64,000 nt of DNA from Ascidiella aspersa (lineage: Eukaryota). Numbering within the stretch: position 1 is the stretch's first letter; every line of letters starts with the position of its first letter. Below the pieces are notes generated by a model. That model did not search any database. It was given only the letters and a program-made list of their open reading frames with translations, and was not told the DNA's origin. The position numbers were made by a program, and so were the translations under genes. The stretch lies in assembly GCA_963924565.1 (NCBI GenBank), contig OZ004613.1, positions 4,588,001-4,652,000 of the forward strand, in the 5' to 3' direction. Of the stretch, positions 61,065 to 64,000 are shown in pieces.

Positions 61065-62078
61065 CTGCGAAATGTCGATGTTATCGAATATTATGGCTTT
61101 CATATTTTTATTGAAATTACTAAAAAAACGTCTATTGTCTTCCAAAGATCTGTGGGTTTCGTGAGTTCTTCCAACGCGTACAGATTTATTGGATTATATA
61201 AGCTTTAAAAAATAAAAATATCTTAGAGAGACAAGCTTAGTTTTGTTTCGAAAACAATAATGGGATCACAATGAAAATTCCCACAAGAGCCAATTCTTAC
61301 AGATTTATTGGATTGCATAAGTTTTATTTAATAAACAATCACTTCTTAGAATGCCTGTGATTTTTGTACAGTCCTTTCTATCTGTTTTAAACCAACTTGA
61401 AAATATCTCGAAAATGCAAAGCAGCTGTACACAGTTACGTAGAAATGTTTAAGTATTTAATCAATATTTAACCTTTTTTACTTCTCTGCAGGTTTTTTTT
61501 TTTTAAGGTTTGGTTTGGGTGAACGCTAAGTAGTTTTAAGAGACCGCAAGTGTTTCATTTAAATACCAAAAAGTTGCAAGTCCAAATTTGGGAAACCGCT
61601 GGAGAAATTTGGGGGACCGTTTCGGTCCTCCAAAACACCTTAAAAAAACACTGCTTCCCCATAGCAAAAATGGCAAAACTGTCAAACGCAAAGCAATAAA
61701 ACGCTTTCCAGATGCGTTCATCAAAGCCAACTCATCATTTCGGGGAAACTCGCTTCTTATCACGCATCAGAACATCGAAATCGGTTCAGGGCAGCGGAAT
61801 GTTAAACGCCGAACCCGGGTCAGGGCAGGGGAAGGTATGTTGATGCGTCAATCAGCGGCATTTAATTCGGAAGAGCCGCGCGACGCCGTTTGTCAAAATC
61901 GCGCCATAACGCGATCGGAAATCGTCGGTCCGCGAAAAGAGCTTTTTCCTGTTCGCAGCGATGACAAATTGGAGACAGGAATGACAATTGGTCGCCGCTT
62001 TTCTTTTTTCGGGGGAAGGGGGTGCGTTATTTAAACGTATCGTGACGTCACGCCTTTGCTTACGCGTTGACAAGTGCT

Positions 62079-62977
62079 CTTTGAAGGATGTTGTTGGAAA
62101 AATGTGATCTTGTTTCAACTTTGGGTTGTTTATGAAAAAACGCATTTCCCTGTAAACATTGTTGGTTTCTCAAATCACTATCGTACTTTATAAAAACAAA
62201 TGTAACAAATCTTCAAGAGTTTAGCGTTAATATCGACAATTTATTTTTATAAAGCATATTGTTGTTATAACAATTTTCCTATTGTGGTTGCATTAGTTGT
62301 ATTTTAATCGAAATGTTTTTGGACAAATGAAACGTGAGTTTTGTAACAATCCGTTGAGATTCCTAGACCAAGAAGGCATTGAAATAAATATATTCAGACA
62401 GAAGTACAAATTACAGGTGAAGGTTCAAATACAGGGCGTTTTTATGGCGGCGGGGAATTCTACCCTTTTTAGGCACATCCTTTTTCAAAGCGGCTTTTCG
62501 TTTTTTCTCAGAGTAACAATTTCAGTAAAGCTAATGTTTACCCAAAGTCGATCCGTCTGACAATAAAGGGACAACATTTGCATTTTGCTCGAAAGCGGCG
62601 TCTTTGAAGGCGATATAACACGATCCCATCATTAAATGGAAGAAACTATAGAATCTTGAAAGGCGGTAAAACCGTCTCTTGTCGCATCTTATATCATCAT
62701 GAAACCTTCTTGATAACTGAAGAGTTTGTCTCTAAGCTCAAGTGGTTATTTTATCAATCAAAGAACGGTCTGTTCAAACATGCAGTGCAGTGGGGGGTCG
62801 TTTATTGAAATCAAACTGAACCAAACCCGAGTCAAAATCGTTTGTTGTGGCTCTTCCAAATTTGATTAAATGATTTTCGGAACTATTCATTCGCGCACAA
62901 TTCTAAAGTTTCGCACAGTGTTTTCATACCATCTTCAGAACTTTAAAAGTTAAAAGTCATGTCATATAAACTTTGAA
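62079..62977. promoter_or_regulatory. TCF/LEF site cluster 5' of the identified dkk exons
   Basis: CTTTGA(A/T) on either strand at 62079, 62484, 62602, 62757, 62971; Helper-type GCCGCCA (minus strand) at 62445-62451. Confidence 0.45.
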
Positions 62978-64000
62978 GTCACCGTTTTCCCCACCCTCTC
63001 ATACAGTCACGATTCCAGTTAAGAGGTTAAACAAGCCCTATCTTCAGTACACGGAAAAACGCCATAAAGACCGGCGGCAAATCCCTTTGTGGTTTCGACA
63101 GTTCGAAAAAACCCGCAGATTTGCGTAAACATAGGTCATAATATTTAAATAAATATTAAATCAAGTTTAAAGTCATTTTTCCCATAAACTGTTTAGAGTG
63201 GTAAGAATAGCAAAGCCCAAACAGAAGTTTTCGATTTCACCATCGAAAATCAATAAAGAGATCTGCGAAAATTCCATATGATACCTATTTTTGTATGGGC
63301 TTGGCATTCTTAATACGTCAAACTACAACCTCCAACCATTATGCTCCAACGGTTAAAACACCATTTTTGTTTTCATAACCTGCCCAGATAAAATGATGCT
63401 GTTTGGTCGTTTTTTGGATTTGTGGTCACGCTTTTACCAAAGACACTTTGTTTTTTGAACTTCAATATTGGAGACTGGGCCTAAAACTTTTTGGAAACTG
63501 GGGCTAAAAAGGTAAAAATGTACCCGCTCAAAAATACAGCGGTTTTAAGAGTCGGTCACCGCTATATCCACGGGTGGAAATTTCCCGGCCAATATGTGCG
63601 AGAATTCTCGGGGAGGCGGCACTTAAGATGCGACGTGAAAACAAACACAGCAATCGACAGGCGGCGGCGTCTAGCCAGGAGTATTTTGGCCAGGTCAAAC
63701 GGCCGACACCATGAAGCCCGACACCATTTTTTTAAACTTAACAAAACAAAAATGGTCTAAACACATAAGAACTCAATAAATCCATGGCAACTGATTAAAA
63801 GGCAAAACCTGTCCAAAATCGTTAGTTGGCCAGTTTTAATTGTTGTTATTTAACAGTTTGTATTCTCAGTTAGAACTTAAGAAAACAAATCGATTAGTAA
63901 CTTTTTCACAAAAGGCCACAATACTCGACAGAAAGATGAAATCAGCACCAAAACCTTCCGAAAAAAACCCGCTTTAAGATAGCGGCCGCGAAATTTGGCC

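Noticed and set aside
61588-62034. 148-aa plus-strand ORF
   Set aside because: Non-ATG start, no recognisable domain or splice context; more consistent with GC-richer regulatory DNA near dkk.
62898-62943. Minus-strand CUGAAGA...GAAAC hammerhead-like motif
   Set aside because: Stems I and II are weak and stem III is not palindromic; chance match or heavily decayed.

Overview
AT-rich, intron-rich animal genomic DNA. An ascidian/tunicate origin is an inference from gene content and frequent TGACGTCA motifs. Three spliced genes were reconstructed by hand from GT-AG junctions. (1) A four-EF-hand calmodulin-like gene (+, 2677-11222; first exon uncertain). (2) An ALP/Enigma (ZASP/PDLIM)-family gene with an unusual PDZ-Ig(I-set)-ZM-AM architecture and no LIM domain (+, 15203-30956, 10 coding exons, 423 aa). 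(3) The three 3' exons of a Dickkopf gene (-, 57644-56079), whose CRD2 lacks the HFW motif and is preceded by a very basic Cys-rich module. Intron 6 of the PDZ gene holds a very young 2558-bp non-autonomous Copia (GalEa-like) LTR element with apparently identical LTRs, a tRNA-iMet PBS, a 5-bp TSD and Gag plus protease only. Introns and the ~25 kb gene-free interval contain many hAT-type MITEs with 8-bp TSDs. The most notable unannotated signal is several families of short (80-360 bp) retroposed elements that carry minimal Type I hammerhead ribozymes. Complete copies have a 5'-inverted arm and 12-13 bp TSDs, a Penelope-like signature. All calls were made by eye, without database searches.
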